From: a virus
IMG/VR virus record: IMGVR_UViG_3300027956_000006
Length of the DNA: 64,000 bases
Reading direction: 5' to 3' (one strand)
Shown: piece after piece, positions 1 through 10,328 of the stretch
Layout: every line of letters begins with the position of its first letter
Numbering within the stretch: the first letter of the stretch is position 1
Made by a program: the position numbers and the translations under genes
The notes under the pieces: model-generated
Told to the model about the DNA's origin: nothing
The model's input: the letters and a program-made list of their open reading frames with translations, nothing else
Database searches by the model: none

Positions 1-486
1 AACTCTTATAATGGGACAAGTGAATTTGGCTTCTTTATACACTTTTTCTAATACATTAAATACTCGATCAGTATCCGAGCCAATAACAATTCGTTTACTA
101 TTTAGAAAATCTTGATTCGCATTTTTATCTGTTAAGAACTCTGGATTAAAAGCGAAATCAAATTTAGGAAATTCTTTTGCTAAACTATTTGTCGTTCCAC
201 TTACAGCTGTCGATCGTATAACTATAATCGTTTTTTCTTCATCATCATATGATGCATATTCATTTAAAATACTAATTGATTCATAAATAGCACTAAGATC
301 TATTTCACCAGACTTCTTCATTGGTGTTGGAACAGTAATAAATATTACAGAACAATTATTAGCAATTTCTTTTAATGTGCCATACTCTTTTTTGTATTTA
401 TCATAATAAAAAAGTTTATGTCCACGCTCTAGCCCTCCGGCAGTAGCAAGCCCTACAACACCACACCCCACGATTCCAATATCCAT
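1..486 (-). CDS. UDP-glucose/GDP-mannose dehydrogenase family protein (partial, runs off window)
   Basis: Own translation from ATG at 486: MDIGIVGCGVVG (GxGxxG), FITVPTP, IRSTAVSGTT, FNPEFL; GGAG RBS upstream. Confidence 0.9.
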   Translation of the reverse strand, partial: MDIGIVGCGVVGLATAGGLERGHKLFYYDKYKKEYGTLKEIANNCSVIFITVPTPMKKSGEIDLSAIYESISILNEYASYDDEEKTIIVIRSTAVSGTTNSLAKEFPKFDFAFNPEFLTDKNANQDFLNSKRIVIGSDTDRVFNVLEKVYKEAKFTCPIIRV

Positions 487-495
487 ATTAATCTC

Positions 496-1488
496 CTATC
501 GCCATATTTCTGGTGTTTTTTCATTCACCAATTCTAATTTATCTTTTGTCCATGGTTGAGGGCCTAATGTTTTAGCCCAAGTCACCATTTCTTGTAAACA
601 TGTTCTTAAATCTTTTGTTTCTTTATACCCTAATTCATGCATCGACTTCTCAAAACTAGAATACGCATTTTTAACTTCACGAGGTCTATCTGGTAAATGT
701 GTAATAATAACCTTATCTTGAACTCCCATTACATCTATTAGCATTTCTGCAGCTTCATTCAATGTAATAGGGTTTATTCCACCAATATTATATGTTTGTC
801 CATTAGTAAAATCTTCAAGACATTTCACATAGCATGGTAACGAAAATTCTATTGGACTAAATGCTCGCTTTTGCATACCATCACCAAAAATATAAATCTC
901 TTTTTCACCATGCATAATTCTATTTATCCAAATAGCAAAAACATTGCGATAACGGTCTGATAAACTTTGTCTAATACCCATTACATTATGTGGCTTAATA
1001 ATAGTGTATTTAAATCCGTGTACTTCTGCTAAAATTTTTGTTGATTCTTCCATTATTGTCTTATTCCAACCATATATATCAGTTGGTCGATTCGGCATAT
1101 CTTCAGTAAATGGTGGCGTTTGTTCTCCGAATGTTGCCATCGACGAAAACATAACCATTTTTTTAAATTTATATTTAATGCATGCGTTTAAAACATTCAT
1201 ATATGCCATAACATTGTCTTCTGTGGATTTTAATGGTTCGAATAATGACCCAATTTCTCTCGCGCTCGCACAAAGATAAAACACAACCTCTGGTTGCCAT
1301 TGTGAAATTAACTTTTCAGTTGCATTTTTATCTTTTAAATCAATAAAAAAACATAAATGATCCAATGTGTTACGCATAAATCCACCACTAAGATTGTCTA
1401 CACCTATAACCGCATGTCCTTGTTTACTTAACTCATCAGCTATCCAAGACCCCATGAATCCAGCAGAACCTGTCACGAGAATTTTCAT
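496..1488 (-). CDS. NAD-dependent epimerase/dehydratase (extended SDR)
   Basis: TGSAGFMG, YGWNK (YxxxK), IFGDGMQKRAF. Confidence 0.92.
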   Translation of the reverse strand: MKILVTGSAGFMGSWIADELSKQGHAVIGVDNLSGGFMRNTLDHLCFFIDLKDKNATEKLISQWQPEVVFYLCASAREIGSLFEPLKSTEDNVMAYMNVLNACIKYKFKKMVMFSSMATFGEQTPPFTEDMPNRPTDIYGWNKTIMEESTKILAEVHGFKYTIIKPHNVMGIRQSLSDRYRNVFAIWINRIMHGEKEIYIFGDGMQKRAFSPIEFSLPCYVKCLEDFTNGQTYNIGGINPITLNEAAEMLIDVMGVQDKVIITHLPDRPREVKNAYSSFEKSMHELGYKETKDLRTCLQEMVTWAKTLGPQPWTKDKLELVNEKTPEIWR

Positions 1489-1500
1489 TTTACCTCCAAA

Positions 1501-2283
1501 TTATGCTTCTTTTATATAAAAATCATTTCCAATTGATTTTAAATATAAATTATTCAATATTTTCATCCATTCAGGATGATAATGTACATTACCTTCAGAT
1601 CCATAACCAAATTTATCATGATTTTCTTTCAAATGGAAAGCACCTTCAGTAAATGTAACTGTTATAAATAAAATACCACCAATTTTTAAATGTTGTACAA
1701 GATATTTAATCACACTTTCAGGGTCTTTCACATGTTCAAGAACTTCGTGTGTAAAGATAATATCAAAGTTATCATTTTCACTTAAAAATGTATGATTATT
1801 ATATGTATATTTAAAATCTATATTTACACCATATTTTTTACAACGATATTCAATAAATTTTATCCAATCTATTGGCATATCAATTACAGTTGTTGCATAC
1901 CCTATGTCATAAAAACAAATTGCATTTGTTAAGTCTCCACACCCATAATCTAATATTTTTTTACCAGGATAACAAAATTCATATATATTTTTCATCCATG
2001 GTCTATCAGATGAGTTTAAATGGTCGTTAGTGTGGTAACTTTTATGTGATAATTCAGCATATCCATATGCATTATAAATAGGATGATTACATATTTTAAT
2101 TAATTCATCGTGTGTATAATTTTTACTACTATCAATTAAATCATCTGTATTATTATTATGTGTTATATGCCAACCATGTCTCATCCCTTTCCAATAAGAT
2201 AAAGGAAATCCACTAAAAGTCAAAACATCTTGTTCAAAAGTTGTTTCTGTAAGGTATTCATTATTCCTTACTGGTATTTTCAT
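1501..2283 (-). CDS. Class I SAM-dependent methyltransferase
   Basis: ILDYGCG motif I, FDIIFTHEVLEHVKDP, LKIGG. Confidence 0.9.
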   Translation of the reverse strand: MKIPVRNNEYLTETTFEQDVLTFSGFPLSYWKGMRHGWHITHNNNTDDLIDSSKNYTHDELIKICNHPIYNAYGYAELSHKSYHTNDHLNSSDRPWMKNIYEFCYPGKKILDYGCGDLTNAICFYDIGYATTVIDMPIDWIKFIEYRCKKYGVNIDFKYTYNNHTFLSENDNFDIIFTHEVLEHVKDPESVIKYLVQHLKIGGILFITVTFTEGAFHLKENHDKFGYGSEGNVHYHPEWMKILNNLYLKSIGNDFYIKEA

Positions 2284-3049
2284 TTTTCTCCTTAATTAAT
2301 TTATAGGGAATAGGGATATCAGCATCTATTTCAAAACAATGTTTACATATCAATGCCGCTTCTTTATTTTTAATATTATTATGAATTTTTTTAATACCTT
2401 TTTTAATTTTATTCACAATATTTATATCAGTAATTTTACCATAAGATATTTCTTGATCTGCTATTCTACAACATGGCACAACGATTCCATCAAAGTAAAT
2501 AAAAAATAATCTATCAATTATGGCACAATCATGTTTCCTTATTATGTTAAGATTATTAATAATACATCTCTGATATCTTACTTTTTTATCATATAAAAGA
2601 TCAGAAAAATATTTAAAATCTTCTGTAGAAAAAATGACCGTTCTAAAATGACAATTTATTCCTATTTGGTTAGCAATAATATATATATTTAATAAATGTG
2701 ATATATATTCCTTTGGCGTGTTTTTATTTAAACTTAAGTCGAGATATGTTAACCCAGCATATTTTAAATTATGTACCATTGGTTCAGTTAATAAAGTACC
2801 ATTTGTAGTAAATCCAATACTAAAATATGGTGCAGCATATTTTATAAATTTTATTAATTCAGGATGTAATAATGGTTCACCCCAATTATGGAGCCAAAGT
2901 TCTTTTAATTTAAGCTTTTTACATAGACTAATCGCTTGTCTAAAAGTTTCAAATGACATATATCCATATCCACGTTTTAGCTTATTTCTAAAACAACCTA
3001 TACACATTAAATTACATTGATTAGTTAATTCTATTTGACAGTATTGCAT
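2261..3049 (-). CDS. Radical SAM protein with SPASM/twitch-like C-terminus
   Basis: CNLMCIGC (CxxxCxxC), WGEPLLHP, TTNG, DGIVVPCC...CKHC. Confidence 0.9.
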   Translation of the reverse strand: MQYCQIELTNQCNLMCIGCFRNKLKRGYGYMSFETFRQAISLCKKLKLKELWLHNWGEPLLHPELIKFIKYAAPYFSIGFTTNGTLLTEPMVHNLKYAGLTYLDLSLNKNTPKEYISHLLNIYIIANQIGINCHFRTVIFSTEDFKYFSDLLYDKKVRYQRCIINNLNIIRKHDCAIIDRLFFIYFDGIVVPCCRIADQEISYGKITDINIVNKIKKGIKKIHNNIKNKEAALICKHCFEIDADIPIPYKLIKEKNENTSKE

Positions 3050-3591
3050 ATTTTTACTAATACTATAATATTATACATGTTATTTTCTAAAGTGTTAAAT
3101 TGTACTATTTTTACATCATGTAATTGTAATACAATATTTTTCCATTCTTCCGCAGTATGTTCATTTGGTGCTTGATATTCAAGCTTTATTTCTTCTTCAT
3201 TATTATGTTGAAATGCTTTAATATCTGGTGCAAAACAAACAAGCATACCACCCTTACGTAATGCTCTAATCCATTCTTGAAAAATAGCTACTGGGTTTCC
3301 TGGTATATGCTCAATAGAAGCTATAGATGTGATGTAGTCTAAGGAATTATCTTGAAATGGCAAACAATTACCATCGCCTACTACTGCATTATGTGCTGGA
3401 GAAGCATGTACATCAAGACCTAAAGAGTACATCTCCGGCCCTCCAGGACCACCAACATCAACACCAAACGCTGCATGTTCTCTATCTCTTGCGCATAATC
3501 CTTTAACAAAATCAAAAAGTAAATCTCTTTGTATATCAGAAACCATATTTCTATTTACAAAATGGTATCGCGCAGGCCCGTCCCACCACAT
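3031..3591 (-). CDS. SAM-dependent methyltransferase (type 11-like)
   Basis: GVDVGG, GDGNCLPFQDNSLDYI, EHI, LRKGG. Confidence 0.85.
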   Translation of the reverse strand: MWWDGPARYHFVNRNMVSDIQRDLLFDFVKGLCARDREHAAFGVDVGGPGGPEMYSLGLDVHASPAHNAVVGDGNCLPFQDNSLDYITSIASIEHIPGNPVAIFQEWIRALRKGGMLVCFAPDIKAFQHNNEEEIKLEYQAPNEHTAEEWKNIVLQLHDVKIVQFNTLENNMYNIIVLVKICNTVK

Positions 3592-4358
3592 ATCTCATCC
3601 TTTCTTATTTGTTTTACTAATTTGTGTTTTATTTTATCATGACACTGTTTACATAATATTTTTCCATTATTAATATCCCAAAAAGGTTGATATGTAATTG
3701 CTAATCTAATTAATATATTTTTATCATCAATTGGTGAAAATTGTGGATATTGTTGTAAAAATTCATTTAATATAATACAAAATTCTTTAATATGATGAGC
3801 TTCTAATGTATTATCATGTTTAAAACATTCTTGACATTCATAATTATCTTTTTTAAATACATTTCTCATCCACTCTCCATATTCAAATGAGTGTCTTATC
3901 ATTAAATGTAATGGCGTCCTACCATCAATCCAAAAATAACATTTTTTACCACGATTATTAACACCTATTTTTTTTCTTATTTCGGGATTTAAAAATGCTT
4001 TTTTAGTACCATCACTAATCTTTTGTCTCATTATAGGACTCGATAATGACTTTTTAACCTTAATCCCTATACTTCTTCTTAATTTAGAATCTTTATATAA
4101 ATTGATTAATATTCTTTTTATTTTTTTTCGAGTTGCTGGAACAGACATAGCTTTTTTTGATCTTACACTCATTAATTGTTTAATTTTAGGATCGTTGCAG
4201 CGTATTTGATTTCTTATTTTATTATTCAATCTAAATTGTGGATCTAAAAATTTATTTTTAATCGCAATACCTATCTTTTCTCTCTCTTTTAATTTAGAGA
4301 AACGTTTTCTTTGGGCTTGAGATCTATTATTAAAAATTATAGTTTTTTTATTATGCAT
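3555..4358 (-). mobile_element. Free-standing HNH homing endonuclease with basic NUMOD3-like repeats
   Basis: DNYECQEC...LEAHHIK...DINNGKILCKQCH; repeated RQKISDGTKKA-like basic helices; WIDGRTP. Confidence 0.85.
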
Positions 4359-4366
4359 ATAATTTT

Positions 4367-4561
4367 TTATACATTATAATTTTGTTTGTATCTTCTCGCA
4401 TATTCAGCTTCATCTGTTAATAATATTGGAACATCGCTTTTAGTAATATTATATATTTTGTTACATCTAACACAAGTTAATGTTCTTGCTTCTTGATTCC
4501 AGCTTAATCTACTTTTACATATCGGACATCCATAAATATTTAATAATTCTTCATTAACCAT
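4367..4561 (-). CDS. Trm112-like zinc-ribbon protein
   Basis: LLNIYGCPICKSRL...LTCVRCNKIYNI...DVPILL pattern. Confidence 0.8.
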   Translation of the reverse strand: MVNEELLNIYGCPICKSRLSWNQEARTLTCVRCNKIYNITKSDVPILLTDEAEYARRYKQNYNV

Positions 4562-4587
4562 ATATACTCCTTATATATAAATAAATA

Positions 4588-5415
4588 TTATCTACAATGT
4601 TGACATGTCCAAGACCCTTTATGCATAGCGACAAACATTTCTTCATAAGAAACTTCTTTACCCGCTTTATGTATTGAACATTTATTACAAATTAAAGGAT
4701 AATGTGCTAAACCACGATTTATATAATAACCATATAAAGGCGTAAGGTCTCTAAAAATATTTGGAAAATGGTAAGAAAAAGCACTTTTTACAGTAAAATT
4801 ATTCCCCCCTTGGCACCCTAGTCTATATTTTAATCCATCTTCATGGTGGATATGCATATCATCATTCCATGTAAATGTAGTATATCCTCCTAATTTATTA
4901 AATGTGTCTTTAGCAATTATTTCTGGAAAATGTCCAAATATTTCTTGTATTAAACCTTCTTTTGTATTAATATTACAATATTCATTAAATTCATCCATAT
5001 GAAAATCATCTTGTGTAAGAACACCAATTTTTGATCCTGTTTCAAATCCAAACCCATTTCCAATTTCAAAACCTTGTAAATATGTAGGTGCTAAAATAAC
5101 ATGATGATTTAAATATTTACTCATATTAATATCCCAATCTTTTGATACTAATAAATCATCTTGAAAAAAAGCGAGATATTCTTTAGTGGCTTTTGTTGCC
5201 CCCAAATTCATCAAAGCATACCAATTGCATAAATTGGCTTGATAATACATAATCTCATTATCTTGCAACCATTTATATGTTTGCCAAGATGTATATATAT
5301 CACAAATAATAATATATTCATGCTCTAATTTTGAATGTTTTTTGAGTGTTTCATAACAGAACTTTAATGCGCCCGATGTATATCTAGTAGGAATTATAAC
5401 TGAAAAACCGTCCAT
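4588..5415 (-). CDS. Glycosyltransferase family 2
   Basis: FSVIIPT, NLGATKATKEYLAFFQDD, FNKLGGY. Confidence 0.85.
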   Translation of the reverse strand: MDGFSVIIPTRYTSGALKFCYETLKKHSKLEHEYIIICDIYTSWQTYKWLQDNEIMYYQANLCNWYALMNLGATKATKEYLAFFQDDLLVSKDWDINMSKYLNHHVILAPTYLQGFEIGNGFGFETGSKIGVLTQDDFHMDEFNEYCNINTKEGLIQEIFGHFPEIIAKDTFNKLGGYTTFTWNDDMHIHHEDGLKYRLGCQGGNNFTVKSAFSYHFPNIFRDLTPLYGYYINRGLAHYPLICNKCSIHKAGKEVSYEEMFVAMHKGSWTCQHCR

Positions 5416-5422
5416 AGAAATC

Positions 5423-6367
5423 TTATCTTTCTTTTTCTAAATGTTGTTGTAATAGTTTTATACCAGTATCTAAATTTACTTTAAATTCATATTTATATGG
5501 TATTTCGGGTCTAAACCATGTATCTGCTAATCTAAAAAAATAGTTTTCTTTTGGTGCATTTTCTATATCCCAAGTTATATCTAGATTCTCTATACCACAG
5601 ATCTCTGCTACAAATTGAACTAATGTCTCTATGGTGATTGGATTACAATAACCAAAATCAACTGTCTGATTTTTAAATTCATGATTTGATACCATTAATA
5701 TCCAATCAATTGTATCTTGTACATACATTGCATCTATTAAATTTTGTCCATTACCTATCAATGTTATTGTCTGCTTTTTATCAAAATAAAAATTCTTAAT
5801 TAATTTGGTAGATATTTTATCTGCACGTTGATAAGGCCCATATGCACCAAAAAAACGAACATTTAAGTATTCCTCGACTTCCCCATTTAACCTAAAGTAT
5901 TCTAATAGTAGCTCGCTTGTGCGTTTTGCAATCGCATATGGTGTAAATGGATGTATATTTATTGTATTTGCAGCACTAACTATTCCTGCATTACCTTCAT
6001 AAATACATCCACTTGAAAAATGAATCAATTTACTACATGTATGATATTTAAAAAATCCAATTAATGCCAAGGGATCTGACTTAAAATTTTGTAATGGTAA
6101 CAAAGTACTATCCAACTTGCGCGTATCACCAATAAGTGAAATAACTAAATCAAAATGTTTTGGGACAAGATTTAAATTTTCTGAACATGTATATGTTGCA
6201 AGATCTTGTTGTACAAGGATGGTGCAAGTATTTATTTTATGTGTTTTAAACCATTCTGGGAAATCTTTTGCTGTATTATAAAAAGCAAATACTTCCCAAT
6301 TTTTATTGAGATTTAACATTAAATTACGACCAACAAAGCCAGAGGCACCCAAAATGGCTACACGCAT
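5423..6367 (-). CDS. NAD-dependent epimerase/dehydratase
   Basis: GASGFVG, YAIAK, RFFGAYGP. Confidence 0.9.
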   Translation of the reverse strand: MRVAILGASGFVGRNLMLNLNKNWEVFAFYNTAKDFPEWFKTHKINTCTILVQQDLATYTCSENLNLVPKHFDLVISLIGDTRKLDSTLLPLQNFKSDPLALIGFFKYHTCSKLIHFSSGCIYEGNAGIVSAANTINIHPFTPYAIAKRTSELLLEYFRLNGEVEEYLNVRFFGAYGPYQRADKISTKLIKNFYFDKKQTITLIGNGQNLIDAMYVQDTIDWILMVSNHEFKNQTVDFGYCNPITIETLVQFVAEICGIENLDITWDIENAPKENYFFRLADTWFRPEIPYKYEFKVNLDTGIKLLQQHLEKER

Positions 6368-7314
6368 TTTTCTTTCTCTTTTTTAATTAAAAATCCAATA
6401 CTTTCATCAATAGGTATTAGAGTTGGATATTTTTGATTAATATTTGTTTCAATTCCAACAAGACAATCTATATCACCAGGCCGTTCTTTTTCAAAAATAA
6501 CATTACATTTAAAATCACCTATTTCAGCGATTAATTTTACTAAATCGATAATACGTATAGCTTGTCCTGAACAAATTTGATAAATAATATTTTTATATTT
6601 ATTTTTTACATCAAAATGATAATCTAAGATCATGAACAAACGTGTTAACATATCTTCGACGTAAATAAAATCTCTTTTTTGTTCACCACTACCATTAATA
6701 ATCACTGGCTTATTAGAATTAAACAATCTAATTGTTTTAGGAATAATACCTTGATATTCAAAATTTATTTGTCTATAACCAAAATTATTAAATGGGCGTA
6801 TAATAACAGCGTCTAAATTAAATATATCAATCATTGTTTTAATTAAATTATCAGCAGCATTTTTACCAACAGCATATGGTGTTGTTGGTGATTTTTTATT
6901 ACGATCATCTAATGGAACAATAGATACATTACCATAAACTTCAGATGATGAAAAATGTACATATTTTTTAATTATTTTATTTCTAGATAAAGAGCAGCAT
7001 GTTTGTGCAATTTTTAATTCTTCAACACAACACCATTCAGGCATTACTAATGAATATAATAAACCAGCTGTAGCTAAATTAAACAATGTATCTATATCCT
7101 GATTGATTAAGTTAGCAGTAACTTTATCAATATCTTGTATATCTAAATGAATAAATTTAAAATTTTTATTTTTCATAGCATCTTGTAAATTCTTCATTGA
7201 TCCAGAATAAAGGTTATCAATTACAATAACTCTATCTCCACGCTTAAGCAAAGCATCAACAAGATGACTCCCAATAAAACCAGCACCACCAACAACTACA
7301 TGTTTAAGACTCAT
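6358..7314 (-). CDS. NAD-dependent epimerase/dehydratase (nucleotide-sugar 4,6-dehydratase/epimerase-like)
   Basis: GGAGFIGSH, SSSEVYG, YAVGK, RPFNNFG, RDFIYVED. Confidence 0.92.
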   Translation of the reverse strand: MSLKHVVVGGAGFIGSHLVDALLKRGDRVIVIDNLYSGSMKNLQDAMKNKNFKFIHLDIQDIDKVTANLINQDIDTLFNLATAGLLYSLVMPEWCCVEELKIAQTCCSLSRNKIIKKYVHFSSSEVYGNVSIVPLDDRNKKSPTTPYAVGKNAADNLIKTMIDIFNLDAVIIRPFNNFGYRQINFEYQGIIPKTIRLFNSNKPVIINGSGEQKRDFIYVEDMLTRLFMILDYHFDVKNKYKNIIYQICSGQAIRIIDLVKLIAEIGDFKCNVIFEKERPGDIDCLVGIETNINQKYPTLIPIDESIGFLIKKEKEKCV

Positions 7315-7852
7315 TTTGTCTCCTGTGCATTATAACTATTCCATATCCATAAGGTAATTCTATCATATCCCATTGATTGGTGTTTCTAATTTCTTTAATT
7401 ACTATTGGTATATCTGGCCACCAATGATTATTTGTATCATGAATTAAAATATAACCATTATTAGATAAATATTTTGACCATTGTTCAAAATCTCTTTTAA
7501 ATTGTTCATAATGGTGATTGCCATCAATATAAAGCAAATCTATTGACCTATTTTTACCCCATATATTAAACGCCTCATCTGATGTTCCAATATATGAACA
7601 TAGAAAAGGATGATTAACCATACTTTTTTCTATATGTGGATTTGGGTCAATAGTATATAATAACGCTGGCTTATTTATTTCATCTAAAGCTTCTAAAAAT
7701 GCTGATGTTGTATGAGATGTACCTGTACCAATCTCTACTATTATATTTGGTTTTAATCCTCTTGTCATATTATAAAGAAGCAATAGAATACCCCCTTCTT
7801 CTGTAACTTGATTGCTGATATATTTAAAAATTCTATATGGATAATCGTTCAT
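7304..7852 (-). CDS. Class I SAM methyltransferase (Methyltransf_24-like)
   Basis: VEIGTG, IDLLYIDGNHHYE, GYILIHD. Confidence 0.88.
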   Translation of the reverse strand: MNDYPYRIFKYISNQVTEEGGILLLLYNMTRGLKPNIIVEIGTGTSHTTSAFLEALDEINKPALLYTIDPNPHIEKSMVNHPFLCSYIGTSDEAFNIWGKNRSIDLLYIDGNHHYEQFKRDFEQWSKYLSNNGYILIHDTNNHWWPDIPIVIKEIRNTNQWDMIELPYGYGIVIMHRRQNES

Positions 7853-8333
7853 TTGATAATTCCTGTACTAATAATGTACTAATACCATAATTATTACCTG
7901 CTAAAATATCAATATTTCTATCACCAATAAAAATAACTTCTTCTTTTGGTATTTTAAATGTATCTATAATTATTCGTAAACCTTCTGGATGAGGTTTTTT
8001 ATGAAACACAGAATCCCTAGAAACAATTATATCAAATTCTGATAATAAATTAAATTGTTTCAATACTGCTGTTATTGTATCTTTATAATTCATTGAAAAT
8101 AAAGCTTTTTTACCCTTAAAGTGTCTTAATAAGTGAATGACACTAACTACGGGAATACTTTCGTTTACTCCTTCCAATTCAATTTTTCGTGCTTCTTCTT
8201 CTTGCCCTAAATTACGTAATTGTTTAACTTTTTCCCAATCACATCTCAAAGTAACTAGAGTACCATCAAGATCCATGATTAGAAGTTTATACTTTTTTAC
8301 AATAAGATTCGTCAGCTTTGAATTTTTCATCAT
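7833..8333 (-). CDS. HAD-superfamily phosphatase
   Basis: DLDGTL, KKPHPEG, FIGDRNID. Confidence 0.9.
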   Translation of the reverse strand: MMKNSKLTNLIVKKYKLLIMDLDGTLVTLRCDWEKVKQLRNLGQEEEARKIELEGVNESIPVVSVIHLLRHFKGKKALFSMNYKDTITAVLKQFNLLSEFDIIVSRDSVFHKKPHPEGLRIIIDTFKIPKEEVIFIGDRNIDILAGNNYGISTLLVQELSNERLSI

Positions 8334-9351
8334 AAATTAAAACTGCTGGGCAATCAATATGTCTTATCCAATAAACATTATCTTTAATTGCATTGTATTG
8401 TAACAAATTTGGTAATTTTTCATTATATGCAAGTTTAACATAATAATATGGCATATTAATACCTGCTGTACTAAAAAATAAACTTGTTGTAAAAAATCTT
8501 CCTGCATTAATTTCTGTTGGATAAATAACACCATTACTATCTTCTTTTAAATCAACACAAAAAATACCAGTTGCATTTTTATCTATAGAAGTAATAGCTG
8601 TGGTAGCCACCTTATTAATATCATCTCTTGCTATGGTCCGAGCAACAGCTGGAGTTCCAGTAATTCTTGATGGAGCTAGATATGGATAAATATATTCTAG
8701 ACGTTCACGTGCTTGTGATACAATTAATTTACCTTTATTCCATAAAGATTGAAAAGCAAAATCTTTACCATTTAAAAATTTTTGTGCTATAAATACCCAA
8801 TCAACATCTCTTGCTTTCCAATATCCAAACCAATGGATAGCCATATCCAAACTTTCTACTTTAGTACTACCACGACCTCCTGCGCCAGAAGAAGCACGCA
8901 TCCAATATGGATACCCTAAAATTTTACCGACCCTTCGTATATCAATAATATTTTTAATAGTATAAGACTTAACAGAATGTATTCCATTTTTTTCCCAAAT
9001 GTTAGCACTAATAAATTTATTTTGACAAATATCAATTGTTTTTTTATTAGGTAATAACATCATGGCATTAATTTTTTTACGATTTTCAGATAAAGTACGC
9101 ACTTCAATATCAGGTTGAGCATGAATAAATTCTATCTTTTCTTTTTTGATAATATCATTAAGAAATTTAATGTAATTAGGGTGTGTCGCTTCATAGGGAG
9201 CTACATATGCTTTATCTAAATCTGGCCATTCTAAATGCCATTTATTCATATCTGTACCAACTAAATACATTGGTTCATCAACTAAACGTAAAGAATTAAT
9301 AAAATTAACTGCTGGCGCCCCACCAGCACCCGTAATTAATATCCGTTTCAT
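8287..9351 (-). CDS. ATP-grasp protein (carbamoyl-phosphate-synthase-like, glycan-cluster type)
   Basis: ILITGAGG, GAGGRGS loop, QKFLNG, TEINAGRF. Confidence 0.85.
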   Translation of the reverse strand: MKRILITGAGGAPAVNFINSLRLVDEPMYLVGTDMNKWHLEWPDLDKAYVAPYEATHPNYIKFLNDIIKKEKIEFIHAQPDIEVRTLSENRKKINAMMLLPNKKTIDICQNKFISANIWEKNGIHSVKSYTIKNIIDIRRVGKILGYPYWMRASSGAGGRGSTKVESLDMAIHWFGYWKARDVDWVFIAQKFLNGKDFAFQSLWNKGKLIVSQARERLEYIYPYLAPSRITGTPAVARTIARDDINKVATTAITSIDKNATGIFCVDLKEDSNGVIYPTEINAGRFFTTSLFFSTAGINMPYYYVKLAYNEKLPNLLQYNAIKDNVYWIRHIDCPAVLIYDEKFKADESYCKKV

Positions 9352-9380
9352 TCCTTTTTTCTCCTTTTATCTTAAAATTA

Positions 9381-10328
9381 TCAATCTTCATTACTAATGC
9401 GCATAAAATCAATTTTTTCTTGAGCAGTGTTCATATCGTACATATCTTGTATAGTAAAATCTTTCCATTCTTTTTCCATATCCTCATTAGGCATTCGGAT
9501 ATCTTTATATACTAAATTTCCTTGCCAATCCCCCTTCGCCATTGCAACAGGATTAATAAAACCTTCTTTAATATTTTTAAAAATATATTTTCCCGTATCA
9601 CCATTTTTAGCGTATTTAATTTGTTTAAAAAATAATTGTATCATAAAACGTCTAAAATTTTTACGATAAAATAAACCAGGATATACAAAAGAATGATTAC
9701 CTCTCCAATAACCTTTTTGATCTTCTGCTTCAGGGAAAGTTACTACTAATTCACCATTTTCTTTTAAAACTCTTTTAATTTCCATACATGCATGCATAGG
9801 ATCACTTAAGTGTTCTACTGTTTCTGTAAAAAAAACAATATCAAAAACATTATCGGGAAAGGGGAATCTATCACGCGAAACATCCATATATAATAATGTA
9901 CAATATTCATACCTTTTTTCATCATAATATAATTTCTGTGCCGCTAAACCAGCGTCAAGTCCTATAATTTTATTACCAAATCTTGATAAATATACCATTA
10001 AATCACCCCGCCCAGCGCCAACATCTAAAATTATTTTATTAGAAGGGGTTTTATAAAAGCCATCAGTAATAATAGTTGCTTGCATACCAATACCTGCCTG
10101 GTCAAAATTTTCCCAATAAGGATCATATGTATATTTTAGTCTTGGTACCCAATACTTACGTAATTCACCATATAATTCACCATGTTCATTTTCAAATCCC
10201 CAACGTTCAAATTCATTGTGCCATGGATATTCTGGTAAATTTCTACATTTAGCTATTTCAGATTTAGATAATGTTGTTAATGTATCATCTTTGTTTTCAT
10301 TTTTATCCATTTTACCCCCTAATATCAA
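9381..10328 (-). CDS. Class I SAM-dependent methyltransferase
   Basis: ILDVGAGRG, FPFPDNVFDIV, EHL, RVLKENG. Confidence 0.9.
   Translation of the reverse strand: MILGGKMDKNENKDDTLTTLSKSEIAKCRNLPEYPWHNEFERWGFENEHGELYGELRKYWVPRLKYTYDPYWENFDQAGIGMQATIITDGFYKTPSNKIILDVGAGRGDLMVYLSRFGNKIIGLDAGLAAQKLYYDEKRYEYCTLLYMDVSRDRFPFPDNVFDIVFFTETVEHLSDPMHACMEIKRVLKENGELVVTFPEAEDQKGYWRGNHSFVYPGLFYRKNFRRFMIQLFFKQIKYAKNGDTGKYIFKNIKEGFINPVAMAKGDWQGNLVYKDIRMPNEDMEKEWKDFTIQDMYDMNTAQEKIDFMRISNED

Noticed and set aside
3555-4366. Group I intron around the HNH gene
   Set aside because: No non-coding flanks to hold an intron core.
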